Source of the DNA: a bacterium
GTDB taxonomy: Bacteria > Verrucomicrobiota > Kiritimatiellia > CAIKKV01 > CAITUY01
Assembly: GCA_037134355.1 (NCBI GenBank)
Contig: JBAXMJ010000003.1
Location: 3,497-67,496 of the forward strand
DNA length: 64,000 nt
Direction of reading: 5' to 3'
The position numbers and the translations under genes were made by a program. Below, piece by piece: positions 28,477 through 38,098 of this stretch. A model generated the notes under the pieces. The model was given only the letters and a program-made list of their open reading frames with translations. It had not been told where the DNA came from and did no database searches. Position 1 is the first letter of the stretch. Each line of letters opens with the position of its first letter.

Positions 28477-30201
28477 TTACGCCTCCCCCTTGCCGGGCTT
28501 CTCGTTTTGGATTGGAGGAGTCGACGGCTCGACCGCCTTGACCGACGGCGGGGCCGTCCTTTCAGACGGCTTTGCATTCAGTCCGATTTCAATCGTAAAT
28601 TCTGTTGCGAAATCCGTCCCTTCCACGGGCTTGATCCGCTTGATCTGAAGATCGTCTGAAAAATATCCCAGGGACTTCAGGCTCGCCACATACTCGGTAA
28701 TAGCCTGGTTACTCACCTTGTCACTAAACGCCATACCCCTGACTTCAAGCCGTATCGTCGTCGATTTCACATCCTTTGGTGTTGTCAGCCTGACACTGGT
28801 CAACCACATCCCCGGAGCAAGCCGTTGATGCAGGTCATTCATCATAACCACCCAACGGGTTCGTGAAACAATCAATCCGTTCAAGTCCGCCGCTTTGGTG
28901 TACAACTGGCCTTTTTGTTTTGACAATTCACCCAGCTTAACATTGGGCGACTCAAGGGCAGCCAGCTTTCCCTGAACCATATCCCGCCGCTTTTCAGCCA
29001 AAGTGGACATCCGGTGCAGAAATAGACCGAACACAAGCACCGTCAAGACCAATCCCGTAGCCGCCAAGCCGAAGAAGGGAAGGCGGCGCTGCAACACCTT
29101 TCGGGCCGCCAACTCGGGCGGCATCAGATTGATTTCCACAGGGCATGACAGCGTACGTCGTAGCGCCAACCCAACCACTTCGCCGAGCAGATGAAGGTTC
29201 GCGGCCACCTTGTCGGACTCAATCAAGGAACTGACCGCCACATTGCGGAACGGGTTCAGGAAATCAACCTCGGTCTTCAGCTTATCCTTCAGGAAGGTGT
29301 TGACATGAGGGATCACGGAACACCCCCCGGTCAACAGTACCATGCCCGGCTGGCTTCCGCCCTGCTGGCTGCGGTAAAAATTGATGGTGCGGATCACCTC
29401 GGCATGCAGGCGGGTCATGATATTCCGGACAATCTTGGAAGTGCGATCCGCCACCCCCACTTCATGCCCCTCATACACGCCCCCAAACCCCACAAACGCG
29501 TGAGCCACCTTGAGTTGCTCGGCCTCTTCGAAGGAAAGTTCAAATTCCTTCATCACGTCCTTGGTGATCATCGTTCCCGCCACCGGGATACTACGACTAA
29601 AGATCTTCGTGCCTTCGACAAACACCACATTCGTGGATCGGGCACCCATGTCCAGGATCATAGTGCATCCCGGCAGGTCGGAATAATTGTACCGCACGGC
29701 ATTGTAAAGAGCCAGAGGCGAAACATCCACGAGGATCGGATCCAGTCCGGCCGCCTCAACGCAATCGGTCAGGTTTTTAACCAGATCGCCCTTGACGGCC
29801 ACAAGCAGAACACTCAGTTCCCCTGTCTCCTGCCCCACTAGCTGGTAGTCCCACACCACCTCATCCATCGGGAAAGGCACATTCTGCTGCGCCTCATATT
29901 TGACAATCTGGGAGATTTTGTCGGGTGTAACCGGAGGCAGTTTGACATAACGCGGAAAAACCAACTGACCCGACATGGAAACGGCCACGACACCCGGCCG
30001 GATACCACTGCTCCGCATCGCATCCCGAATCCCCGAAACGATGTAAGCCGACGGATCCAGAGTCGTCTCTGGATCAAATCCCAAGGGAGACACGGAATAG
30101 TTGACCAGCTCAAGGCTCGTCGCCTCAATGATCCTGAATTCAGCAAGCACCAGCTTGCTGTTTCCGATGTCCAACGCCAAAATTCGATCTGATCCAAACA
30201 T
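28477..30201 (-). CDS. pilM: PilM-PilN fusion (actin-like ATPase domain + TM + periplasmic domain; GspL-like topology)
   Basis: The N-terminus ILALDIGNSKLVLAEF is the PilM/FtsA-like actin fold. A TM segment (LPFFGLAATGLVLTVLVFGLFL) follows at about residue 370, then a coiled-coil and a PilN-like periplasmic region. Confidence 0.7.
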   Translation of the reverse strand: MFGSDRILALDIGNSKLVLAEFRIIEATSLELVNYSVSPLGFDPETTLDPSAYIVSGIRDAMRSSGIRPGVVAVSMSGQLVFPRYVKLPPVTPDKISQIVKYEAQQNVPFPMDEVVWDYQLVGQETGELSVLLVAVKGDLVKNLTDCVEAAGLDPILVDVSPLALYNAVRYNYSDLPGCTMILDMGARSTNVVFVEGTKIFSRSIPVAGTMITKDVMKEFELSFEEAEQLKVAHAFVGFGGVYEGHEVGVADRTSKIVRNIMTRLHAEVIRTINFYRSQQGGSQPGMVLLTGGCSVIPHVNTFLKDKLKTEVDFLNPFRNVAVSSLIESDKVAANLHLLGEVVGLALRRTLSCPVEINLMPPELAARKVLQRRLPFFGLAATGLVLTVLVFGLFLHRMSTLAEKRRDMVQGKLAALESPNVKLGELSKQKGQLYTKAADLNGLIVSRTRWVVMMNDLHQRLAPGMWLTSVRLTTPKDVKSTTIRLEVRGMAFSDKVSNQAITEYVASLKSLGYFSDDLQIKRIKPVEGTDFATEFTIEIGLNAKPSERTAPPSVKAVEPSTPPIQNEKPGKGEA

Positions 30202-30207
30202 AGCGTC

Positions 30208-30849
30208 CTATTTCAAAGCCTCATACTCATCAAAATTGATGAGGGCAAACGGGGTTTTCGACCGGTCCATGACATACCCTTCCCGAGGAACCAACTCAGG
30301 TTTTTTCCACCAGTCCTGGGGTAGCGCCTTGCCGGGAGCGAGCTTACCCTCGGAAAGCGACCCCGCCAATTCCCCCTTGATCACGGCTTCCACCGCTACA
30401 CCAATCACCTCGCCATACCGAGCCAAGGCTGCCGGACGGATATAAGCGCCCCCCTTACGACCCCGGCCTCGTGCCACATCGATATAGGTAACGGTCCCTT
30501 TAAGCAGGGTGAACTTGGTCGTTTCACGACTTCTCAACAGAGCGAAAAAATTAAATACGACTTCGTCAAGCCACTCCGGTTCGGTATCGAATTGGAGTCC
30601 AAGCTCAACCCACTCCCGTATATCTCCCCGTTGATTGCCTGAGGAATCAGGGCTTTTCAGAACGCTTCGGGGGCCGATGCCCGTCAACTGTTTCAACCGA
30701 ATAACCCCGCCGACGCCCAGGGCGGACTTGCCGGCATTGACAGGCGTTCCCCTGCTGGAAATCGCCTGAGCCAGCGCAGGGTCAACGCCCATCACCCAAG
30801 CCACCCCGAAACAAACCAACGTTTTCCAAGCCATGCAATCGGTTTTCAT
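30208..30849 (-). CDS. Secreted hypothetical protein (signal peptide), first gene of the pilus/secretion module
   Basis: N-terminal signal peptide ending ...PALAQA. No recognisable domain. Lies 6 bp upstream of the PilM-N gene. Confidence 0.4.
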   Translation of the reverse strand: MKTDCMAWKTLVCFGVAWVMGVDPALAQAISSRGTPVNAGKSALGVGGVIRLKQLTGIGPRSVLKSPDSSGNQRGDIREWVELGLQFDTEPEWLDEVVFNFFALLRSRETTKFTLLKGTVTYIDVARGRGRKGGAYIRPAALARYGEVIGVAVEAVIKGELAGSLSEGKLAPGKALPQDWWKKPELVPREGYVMDRSKTPFALINFDEYEALK

Positions 30850-30930
30850 AAGGCACTCCTATGCAAAGTCAGCCGGAACAAACAAACCAACACCAGAATC
30901 ATGGCAGTATAGAGAGAGACGCTTTAAGGT

Positions 30931-30958
30931 CAAAACAAAAAACGCCCGCCCTGCGCCA
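30931..30958 (-). terminator. Possible intrinsic terminator downstream of the PHP-domain gene
   Basis: The minus-strand RNA reads GGCGCAGGGCGGGCG followed by UUUUUUGUUUUG. The stem is imperfect. Confidence 0.3.
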
Positions 30959-30968
30959 CTCTTTCTCA

Positions 30969-32267
30969 TCAAATCTGGTCTGTCACACGTTCGGGATGTC
31001 GGTTATCGATCTTCCGGCCCACGGCGGCATACCGGGTAAGCCGCCCGGCAAGGGACAAGGCTTTCATCGGGTTGCTGGAGCTGAAGAGCGACAGGTCGGG
31101 ATTGACCGTCGCCAGCTTCTCATGGGCAATCAACGCCCAGGTCGATTCGGTCAAATGCCGGAACGGAGGCGTCATAATGATGGGGCAACTGAATGTCTGA
31201 CGTGAACTGTTGATATCCACCCCGCTGATTTCCATCAGCTCATTTTTCGCGCAGAGCGCCTGGAGCCGGAGCAATTGAGCCAGAGTGTTCCGGGGCGGCA
31301 TATAGGTGATGGCCTTGAAACCGATCCGCTTCAATTCAGGCACCAGCGCATCCAGATAATCATCCTCAAATTTCTCAGCCTTCTTGTCGCCCGTCGGAGA
31401 TTCGCCGACATCTCCCAGATAGGCGTAGGCGGGAATGGCCCCAATATCATTGGCAAATTGAACCGCCTTGACGATTGGAATACATTCCCGGCTGCCGGGC
31501 TGGACGAACATCCGGGGAACCAGCGAGGCCTTGAACAAGCCCAGAAGATCATAGGCGTAGTGGGGATTGGCGGGGTCCAGGAGGAGGGTCTCCAATTTAG
31601 CCGGGACTTCGGTGTCCAGTTTCTCCCTGACAAACCGGATCAGGGCCATTCCCTTGCCATGCGCCTCGATCAACTTCAACGACAGCGCGTAGAGAATATG
31701 CCGTTCCGTAATGGAGCCGCCCACCGCCGCCTGTGAAAGGGCCGCCACATCCCGGTCAAATTCCATTGGCGCCATCCCGACTTCGCCGAGGATGTCGTTT
31801 AGACGGTCCACCTGCAGGCGATCACGCTCGATGCGCGCCGCGTTCATCGGACGCAGAAACTCTCTGGCCGCTCCAAACTGTGTGGCGGGAATGCCATGGA
31901 CGGCCATATAGCTGTTGTTCAGGGTGTCTGGGTTATTAGTCTTCCGTCCCTCAACGGCCGTGCCGGTCATGTCCACCCGCATTTCAAACCCGACGGTGGA
32001 GGCGATGTTGATGGCCTTGCAGGCCTCAAGCATCTCGGAGCACCCGGAAACCGAGTCATGATCCATGATGCCCACCGCCTGAAGGCCAGCCTGAGCCGCC
32101 TTCACCGCTGCCATGACGGGGGTATAGGGGCTGAAGGAATAGATGGTGTGGACGTGGTTGTTGACTTCATCCGTGGGCGCCACCCCCTGCTTCACCGATT
32201 CGCCCAGTTCCCGTACCGCCGCCAACCGTTCCGCCACATTCAGGCTGTTCAACTTCGCCCCGTTCAT
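30969..32267 (-). CDS. PHP (polymerase/histidinol-phosphatase) domain metal-dependent phosphoesterase
   Basis: NHVHTIYSFSPYTP and later GIMDHDSVSG, HGIPA motifs are typical of PHP-domain hydrolases. 432 aa. Confidence 0.6.
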   Translation of the reverse strand: MNGAKLNSLNVAERLAAVRELGESVKQGVAPTDEVNNHVHTIYSFSPYTPVMAAVKAAQAGLQAVGIMDHDSVSGCSEMLEACKAINIASTVGFEMRVDMTGTAVEGRKTNNPDTLNNSYMAVHGIPATQFGAAREFLRPMNAARIERDRLQVDRLNDILGEVGMAPMEFDRDVAALSQAAVGGSITERHILYALSLKLIEAHGKGMALIRFVREKLDTEVPAKLETLLLDPANPHYAYDLLGLFKASLVPRMFVQPGSRECIPIVKAVQFANDIGAIPAYAYLGDVGESPTGDKKAEKFEDDYLDALVPELKRIGFKAITYMPPRNTLAQLLRLQALCAKNELMEISGVDINSSRQTFSCPIIMTPPFRHLTESTWALIAHEKLATVNPDLSLFSSSNPMKALSLAGRLTRYAAVGRKIDNRHPERVTDQI

Positions 32268-32281
32268 CCATCGGCCTCCGC

Positions 32282-34702
32282 TTATTTTAATTCCAGACCC
32301 GGCAGAACTGACTTAGCGAGGGCTTCAATACTGGAATGGAATCGAACCGCCTCATTCAGGTACTTGGCCGCCTGGGCATAATGCTTCTCATTTCGTCCGG
32401 TCGCCTCATAAATATACAAGGCGACGGCAAAATAGTACTGGCCCTTTTCGCGTTTGGTCAGATCCCCGTTCTCAACATACCGCTGCACAAAACGCATCAT
32501 CTGCGCGGGAGGCAGCGTGATCCAGGGAACCTGCCCGCCCCGAATGATGATCTTCTCGGCGTCTGCTCCCAGGATATCCTTGGTGCCCAGCCAGCCAAAG
32601 GCATACCCACTGCCGGGATTGCTCGCCACATCAGCCTTGACGCCCTCAATGATCAGCGTTTTGAGCTCGGCCAAAAACTGGTACGCCTTGACCGCCTGCT
32701 TACCGGCGGCCTTACCCTCATCCGTCTTCAGGCCCTTCACGCACTGTTCGATCTTGACTTGCGCCTCCCTGAAAAGATGCTGCTGGATCAGGGATCCGCT
32801 TTCCTTCCGGGTGGCGTCAACCAGGTCGAGTTCAGCCTGGATTCCTGCTTTTTTCTCAGCCTCCGCCTGTTCCTTCGCGCGCCGTTCAGCCTCGACCTTA
32901 TCCGCCTCCGCTTTCTCAAGGGCAGCCCGCTCCGCGGCCGCCTGATTCGCGACTCTATCACGATCAAGCTTCTTTTTCAGGATATCGAACCGGTCCACCG
33001 CTTTCCGGGCCTTGTCAGTTCCCTCTGAAATGGATTGAACCAGTTCGGAACATCGTGCCGGAACATTCGTCAACAGCATCAACTTCTCGTGCACGGCCAC
33101 TGAATTCGAAAGGGACAGCATCGTGGTCCGGTTGGACTCCACCAGTGCGGACATCCCTTTCAGTTCTGCGGTTACGGAAGCCAGTGTTCCGGTGGCATAC
33201 CGCTGCACCAGTTCCAGATCCGCCAGCGCATTGGTTCTGTCCGGATCCGAAGGAATCTCCGTCCCCGCCATCATTAGCGTCACCACCGCCGTGGCGTTGG
33301 AAACCCACCCGCCGGCCCGGACGGTGTAGTTCGAGACCTCCCCCGCAACCCCTTGCAGGTCGGCCAGAATCTGGCCGGCTTTTTTCCGATATTGGGCCGC
33401 CAGCGCCTTTTCCTTCTCTTCGGCCGTGCGTTTTTTCTGACTGGCCACACTGCCGCCGATCACCCCCGCCAAAATCAGGAGCCCCAGCACCACTCCCAGG
33501 GCGATTTTCACCTTGCGCAATGAGCGCGGGGGCTTAACTGCATCCGCTTTAACCGAACTATTCGAAGAAGCCGTCTCCGTCCCTCCAGACGAAGACGTGG
33601 GGGCGCTGACAAGAGCCGCCCCTTTCTTTTTGGCTAAAATAATTTTCCCGCCCTTCTTCGACAACTGCCCGTATGGGTCCACCGGGGGAGGCTTCAAGGA
33701 GAGAAGAATCCTCCTCATGTCCGCCATGACTGAGGCGTAATTCGGATAGCGCCTCAGGGGATCCGCCTCCAGCATACGCCCGACCAAGGCCTCAAGCTCG
33801 GGATTGACAAACGGGCGCAATGAACTCAAGCGCGGAGCAGGACCTTTAAGTCGAGCCTTGACCACATCCATCGGGGTTGCCCCGTCAAACGGCGGCTTCA
33901 GGGTCAGGGCATGAAACAAGGTTCCGCCCAAACTGTAAATATCGGAGCGGGAATCGGACGCATGGCCCCTGAGTTTTTCGGGTGCAATATAATAGGGCGT
34001 GCCCCAAATTCCCTTCGCGGTTCCACCCTCACTGCTTTCCTTAAACCGGGCTAAACCAAAATCCACCACCTTGGCAATTCTGTTGTTATCCAACAAGATG
34101 TTCTCCGGCTTGACGTCGCCGTGAATCAGATTAATGGCCGCTGCGGCATTCAACCCCTCCGCCACATCCAGCGCAATCTTGAGTACCAGAGCTTCGTTCA
34201 GAAGTTCGCCCGCGGCAATCATCTGATCCATCCGCCCGCCTTCTAAAAGCTCCATCACCATGTAGGGCTGACCATGGGACACTCCGAACGAATAAATCTG
34301 GACGATATTCGGATGATTCAACGCCGCAGCGGCCTGAGCTTCCCGTCGGAACGTTTCCACGAATTCGGGATTTCCACCGAAGGAGGATTGCATAACCTTG
34401 ACCGCCACCCAGCGATCCAACCCGGTGTCCCGTCCGCGATAGACGGCTCCCATCCCCCCCTTACCCAAAAGGTCAACCAGAAGGAACGCCCCCATTTTGG
34501 CCGGAACATGCTGTTTCGTTCCGCACTCGGGACAGGCAATTTCAACAAACGCGGGAAGATTGGAGACATCCATCAGGTGCTGGCATTTCAAGCAGGTGGT
34601 CTCATGGACCGGATCCATGATTATGTCGCTGTGGCCTGTCTCCATATTTATCCGTAAACCTATTGTTTTAGAACGGCGATTCTGCCTATTATGAGGCACC
34701 AT
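32282..34702 (-). CDS. Eukaryotic-like Ser/Thr protein kinase with an N-terminal zinc ribbon, one TM and a large C-terminal extracytoplasmic domain
   Basis: CLKCQH...CPECG zinc ribbon. Kinase subdomains LGKGGMGAVYRG, VAVKVM, HGDVKPENILL, DFGLAR, GTPYYIAPE. TM VVLGLLILAGVIGG. Long coiled-coil (KAEADKVEAERRAKEQAEAEKKA). Confidence 0.85.
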   Translation of the reverse strand: MVPHNRQNRRSKTIGLRINMETGHSDIIMDPVHETTCLKCQHLMDVSNLPAFVEIACPECGTKQHVPAKMGAFLLVDLLGKGGMGAVYRGRDTGLDRWVAVKVMQSSFGGNPEFVETFRREAQAAAALNHPNIVQIYSFGVSHGQPYMVMELLEGGRMDQMIAAGELLNEALVLKIALDVAEGLNAAAAINLIHGDVKPENILLDNNRIAKVVDFGLARFKESSEGGTAKGIWGTPYYIAPEKLRGHASDSRSDIYSLGGTLFHALTLKPPFDGATPMDVVKARLKGPAPRLSSLRPFVNPELEALVGRMLEADPLRRYPNYASVMADMRRILLSLKPPPVDPYGQLSKKGGKIILAKKKGAALVSAPTSSSGGTETASSNSSVKADAVKPPRSLRKVKIALGVVLGLLILAGVIGGSVASQKKRTAEEKEKALAAQYRKKAGQILADLQGVAGEVSNYTVRAGGWVSNATAVVTLMMAGTEIPSDPDRTNALADLELVQRYATGTLASVTAELKGMSALVESNRTTMLSLSNSVAVHEKLMLLTNVPARCSELVQSISEGTDKARKAVDRFDILKKKLDRDRVANQAAAERAALEKAEADKVEAERRAKEQAEAEKKAGIQAELDLVDATRKESGSLIQQHLFREAQVKIEQCVKGLKTDEGKAAGKQAVKAYQFLAELKTLIIEGVKADVASNPGSGYAFGWLGTKDILGADAEKIIIRGGQVPWITLPPAQMMRFVQRYVENGDLTKREKGQYYFAVALYIYEATGRNEKHYAQAAKYLNEAVRFHSSIEALAKSVLPGLELK

Positions 34703-34713
34703 GTCTATAGAAA

Positions 34714-35499
34714 TTGAGGTCGCTTAACGCTATGAATCCCGTCTGCTTTCACATCGGATCCCACCCCATTTACTGGTATGGCGTACTGATGGCACTCGCC
34801 TTTCTGGCGGGAATTTCCCATTGGCAATGGCTGGGCCGACGAACCGGCCGGGATGTTTCCCTGGCCGGAGATCTCGCCTTCTGGCTCATGATTGGAGGCA
34901 TCATCGGCGCCCGCATTGCCTATGTCCTTTCCAATGTTGATTACTTTCGCGCCGCTCCCCAGGAAATCATCCGGATTGACCAGGGCGGCCTGATTTATTA
35001 CGGCGGCTTCATCGGAGGTGCGATCCTATTTTTCATCGTGGCCCGGTGGCGACGACTCAATCCCCTTGATCTCGCCGACTTCACCATCACGGCCCTTCCG
35101 CTTGGGCATGCCTTTGGCAGAATCGGCTGTTTTCTCAACGGCTGCTGCGGTGGCGCGCTCGCGCCACATCCGTCCGGACTGACCTGTGGCCTGACTCATT
35201 ACCCGGTTCAACTCTATGAGGCTTTTTTCAATCTAGGCCTCTATGCGTTCCTGACCTGGTTCTACTTGAATCGGCGCATGGAGCGGAAGGGTTCCATCCT
35301 GGCCCTTTATCTGATGATTTATCCGATCATCCGGTTTCTGCTGGAATTCATCCGGGGTGATGACCGCATGCGACTGGGCGCTCTCGATGTGGCGCAGGAA
35401 ATCAGCCTGATCCTGATAATGACGGGATTGATTCTGTGGTGGTTTGTGCGACATCACCCCACCCCTTCAATAAAAACAAAATCCGCTCCACGCCCCTGA
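34714..35499 (+). CDS. lgt: Prolipoprotein diacylglyceryl transferase
   Basis: HIGSHPIYWYGVLMALAFLAG, GARIAYVL, GGLIYYGGFIGG are the Lgt signature. Confidence 0.88.
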   Translation: MRSLNAMNPVCFHIGSHPIYWYGVLMALAFLAGISHWQWLGRRTGRDVSLAGDLAFWLMIGGIIGARIAYVLSNVDYFRAAPQEIIRIDQGGLIYYGGFIGGAILFFIVARWRRLNPLDLADFTITALPLGHAFGRIGCFLNGCCGGALAPHPSGLTCGLTHYPVQLYEAFFNLGLYAFLTWFYLNRRMERKGSILALYLMIYPIIRFLLEFIRGDDRMRLGALDVAQEISLILIMTGLILWWFVRHHPTPSIKTKSAPRP

Positions 35500-35512
35500 A
35501 GACCGGATATCG

Positions 35513-36436
35513 ATGGACACCATCCGCCATTATAGTGTTACGACCGAAGGCGTCGGAAAACGACTGGACGCCTGGCTGAGCACACAGACGCCCGACTTGT
35601 CACGGGCCCGTATCCAGAACCTCATTCAGGAGGCGCATATTCTCCTGAACGGGAAACCCTCCAAGCCCGGTCACAAACTGGCGACGGGCCAAACCATTAC
35701 CCTCTCCATACCCCCGCCCGTGGATATCGAGCTGAAGCCGGAGACCATCCCGCTGGACGTGCTTCACGAGGATTCCGATCTGATTGTGATCAACAAGCCG
35801 GCCGGACTGGTCGTCCACCCCGCCGCCGGCCACGCCTCAGGAACCCTTGTCAACGCCCTGCTCGCCCACTGCCCCGATCTTGCCGGAATCGGCGGGGAGA
35901 AGCGCCCGGGCATTGTGCATCGCCTCGATCGCGACACCACGGGAGTGATGGTGGTGGCTAAAAACGAGACCGCCATGCGATCACTGATGAATCAATTCCG
36001 GCACAGGCAGGTGACCAAGGAATATCTGGCGCTTGTATGGGGCCACCTGAATCCGCCTGCCGGACGCACGGAAACCCTCATCGGAAGAAATCCGAACGAC
36101 CGGAAGAAAATGTGCACAAAGCCCCATGTCGGTCGCATGGCCATCACGCTTTACGACACACAGGAAAAATTCGCAGCCACCTCCCTGTTGCGTGTCCGCA
36201 TCGAAACCGGCCGCACCCACCAGATTCGCGTTCATATGGCCTTCCTCGGCCACTCCATTATAGGCGACCCCAGCTATGGGCGCCCCCGTCGCGATGTCCT
36301 GCCCGGCCCCTTCCCCACCCGACAAATGCTACATGCCGCCCGATTATCCTTCATCCATCCCGTCACGGGAAAGTCCCTGTCCTTCAAGGCACCTCTGCCG
36401 GCGGATATGCACGATCTGATTGAGTCCCTGCGGTGA
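35513..36436 (+). CDS. rluD: 23S rRNA pseudouridine synthase, RluA/RluD family (S4 domain + catalytic domain)
   Basis: S4-like N-terminus and the catalytic motif HRLDRDTTGVMVVAKN. Confidence 0.85.
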   Translation: MDTIRHYSVTTEGVGKRLDAWLSTQTPDLSRARIQNLIQEAHILLNGKPSKPGHKLATGQTITLSIPPPVDIELKPETIPLDVLHEDSDLIVINKPAGLVVHPAAGHASGTLVNALLAHCPDLAGIGGEKRPGIVHRLDRDTTGVMVVAKNETAMRSLMNQFRHRQVTKEYLALVWGHLNPPAGRTETLIGRNPNDRKKMCTKPHVGRMAITLYDTQEKFAATSLLRVRIETGRTHQIRVHMAFLGHSIIGDPSYGRPRRDVLPGPFPTRQMLHAARLSFIHPVTGKSLSFKAPLPADMHDLIESLR

Positions 36437-36437
36437 C

Positions 36438-36824
36438 TCAAGTTTCTTCATGCTTTATAAAGGCCTCGTACTGGGTCGCCGTCATCAGGGTTCCCCGCGT
36501 GGCGCTGTCAAAGGGTTTCAGCTTACAGATCCACCCCTCGCCACAGGCGGCCTGATTGATCAATTCAGGGGCGGAAGCAAGTTTCCCGTTCACTGCGCTT
36601 ACCGTGCCCGCAACCGGCGCATAAACATCGCTGGCCGCCTTGACCGACTCAACCACCAGCAGCGAATCATGGGCTTTCACAACTTTGCCGACTTTCGGCA
36701 ACTCCACAAAGGTGATATCCCCGAGGGCTTTCTGGGCGTGGTCGGTAATCCCCACCGTCGCCTCATCTCCCTCCATCTTCACCCACTCATGATCCCGTGT
36801 GAAATAAACAATATTCAAAGCCAT
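36438..36824 (-). CDS. gcvH: Glycine cleavage system H protein (lipoyl carrier)
   Basis: Lipoyl-Lys motif VESVKAASD and GcvH N-terminus FTRDHEWV. AAAGGAG RBS. No gcvT or gcvP is adjacent. Confidence 0.88.
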   Translation of the reverse strand: MALNIVYFTRDHEWVKMEGDEATVGITDHAQKALGDITFVELPKVGKVVKAHDSLLVVESVKAASDVYAPVAGTVSAVNGKLASAPELINQAACGEGWICKLKPFDSATRGTLMTATQYEAFIKHEET

Positions 36825-36901
36825 GACATCGCTCCTTTTTGCTTCAATAGCCTTATAAGTGAAGCGAAATAATCAGGCGAGGGCGCAATGATAAAGGCAC
36901 C

Positions 36902-38086
36902 CTACTTAATGACTTCCGTCATCTTGAAGATGGGTAGGAACATACAGACTACAATCCCGCCAATGACCACCCCGAGGAACACCATCAGCAGCGGCTCCAG
37001 GAGTGAAGTAAGGGAGGCGAGCATGGTCTCGACTTCATCATCGAAGGTATCCGCGACACTGGCCAGCATCTCATCCACCTTGCCTGTTTTTTCACCAGCC
37101 GACAGCATTCTCACCACCAGGGTCGGAATGCAATCTTTGCCATCCAGGCCTGATGAAAGCGTATCACCATGTTCAACCGCCTTGCGGGCATCCATGATCG
37201 CGGCCTCGATCACAAGGTTTCCGGCAGCCTTGGCAACAATCTCCAGGGCGTTCAGGATGGGTACGCCGCTTTGAACCAACTGGCTGAGCGTCCGGGAGAA
37301 CCTGGCCACCGCGACCTTCTGAACCAGAATCCCGAACACGGGTGCCTTGAGCGCAAACCGATCCAGCGCCCAGGCACCTGAGGTTGTTTTTTTCCATTTC
37401 TTGAAAAGCCAGATAGCGAGAATAATGGAAGGCACGATGATCAAGGCGTAATGCTTGATTCCATTGCTGAGATCTACGAGAAACTGGGTCGGAGCCGGCA
37501 GTTTTCCGCCAAAATCCTTGAACATTCCCGCAAACACCGGGACGATGAAAATAATCATCCCTGAAGCGATAATCAGGGACATGGACAGCACCACAACGGG
37601 ATAGGTCATGGCGGACTTCACCTTACGGCGCAACCGGGCGGTCGCCTCCAGCAATTCCCCGATCCGCTTCATGGTTTCGGCAAACTGACCGCTTTGCTCT
37701 CCAGCCCGAACCATGTTGACATACAGGACGTCAAAGATCTGGGGCAACTGCTGCAGGCTTTCCGAAAACGAGGAGCCATTCTCGATGCTTTTCTTCACCA
37801 TGCCGATGGCAATCTTGAAATTGGGATTGGCCGCCTGCTCCTCAAGTGTTTCAAGGGAGGCAACAATCGGCATTCCGGCCGAGAGCATGGCCGCCATCTG
37901 GCGCGAAAAACCCGGGAGCTCCTTGCGCACAATATTACTGGCCCCATGGATTGTTTGTATTTTCTTTGAGTTCGTCCTGGTAACCTGAGCCGTCACGGTT
38001 TTCTTCGGCGGTGGCGCCGCAGGAGGCTTCGTGCCACCTGCCGCCGGAACGCTTCCCCGTGAACTGGATCGTAGGATTGGACTCAT
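36902..38086 (-). CDS. pilC: Type IV pilus / T2SS platform protein (PilC/GspF family)
   Basis: Two GspF-type repeats (LPGFSRQMAAMLSAGMPIVASL and ...FSRTLSQLVQSGVPILNAL) and 3 TM segments. Low-complexity Pro/Ala/Lys N-terminal ~55 aa. Confidence 0.85.
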   Translation of the reverse strand: MSPILRSSSRGSVPAAGGTKPPAAPPPKKTVTAQVTRTNSKKIQTIHGASNIVRKELPGFSRQMAAMLSAGMPIVASLETLEEQAANPNFKIAIGMVKKSIENGSSFSESLQQLPQIFDVLYVNMVRAGEQSGQFAETMKRIGELLEATARLRRKVKSAMTYPVVVLSMSLIIASGMIIFIVPVFAGMFKDFGGKLPAPTQFLVDLSNGIKHYALIIVPSIILAIWLFKKWKKTTSGAWALDRFALKAPVFGILVQKVAVARFSRTLSQLVQSGVPILNALEIVAKAAGNLVIEAAIMDARKAVEHGDTLSSGLDGKDCIPTLVVRMLSAGEKTGKVDEMLASVADTFDDEVETMLASLTSLLEPLLMVFLGVVIGGIVVCMFLPIFKMTEVIK

Positions 38087-38098
38087 CGTAAATTCCTG

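Noticed and set aside
36841-36866. A GCTTCA...TGAAGC hairpin between pilC and gcvH, considered as an intrinsic terminator.
   Set aside because: On the transcribed (minus) strand the hairpin is followed by an A-run, not a U-run. It also overlaps the gcvH RBS region, so it is unlikely to terminate.
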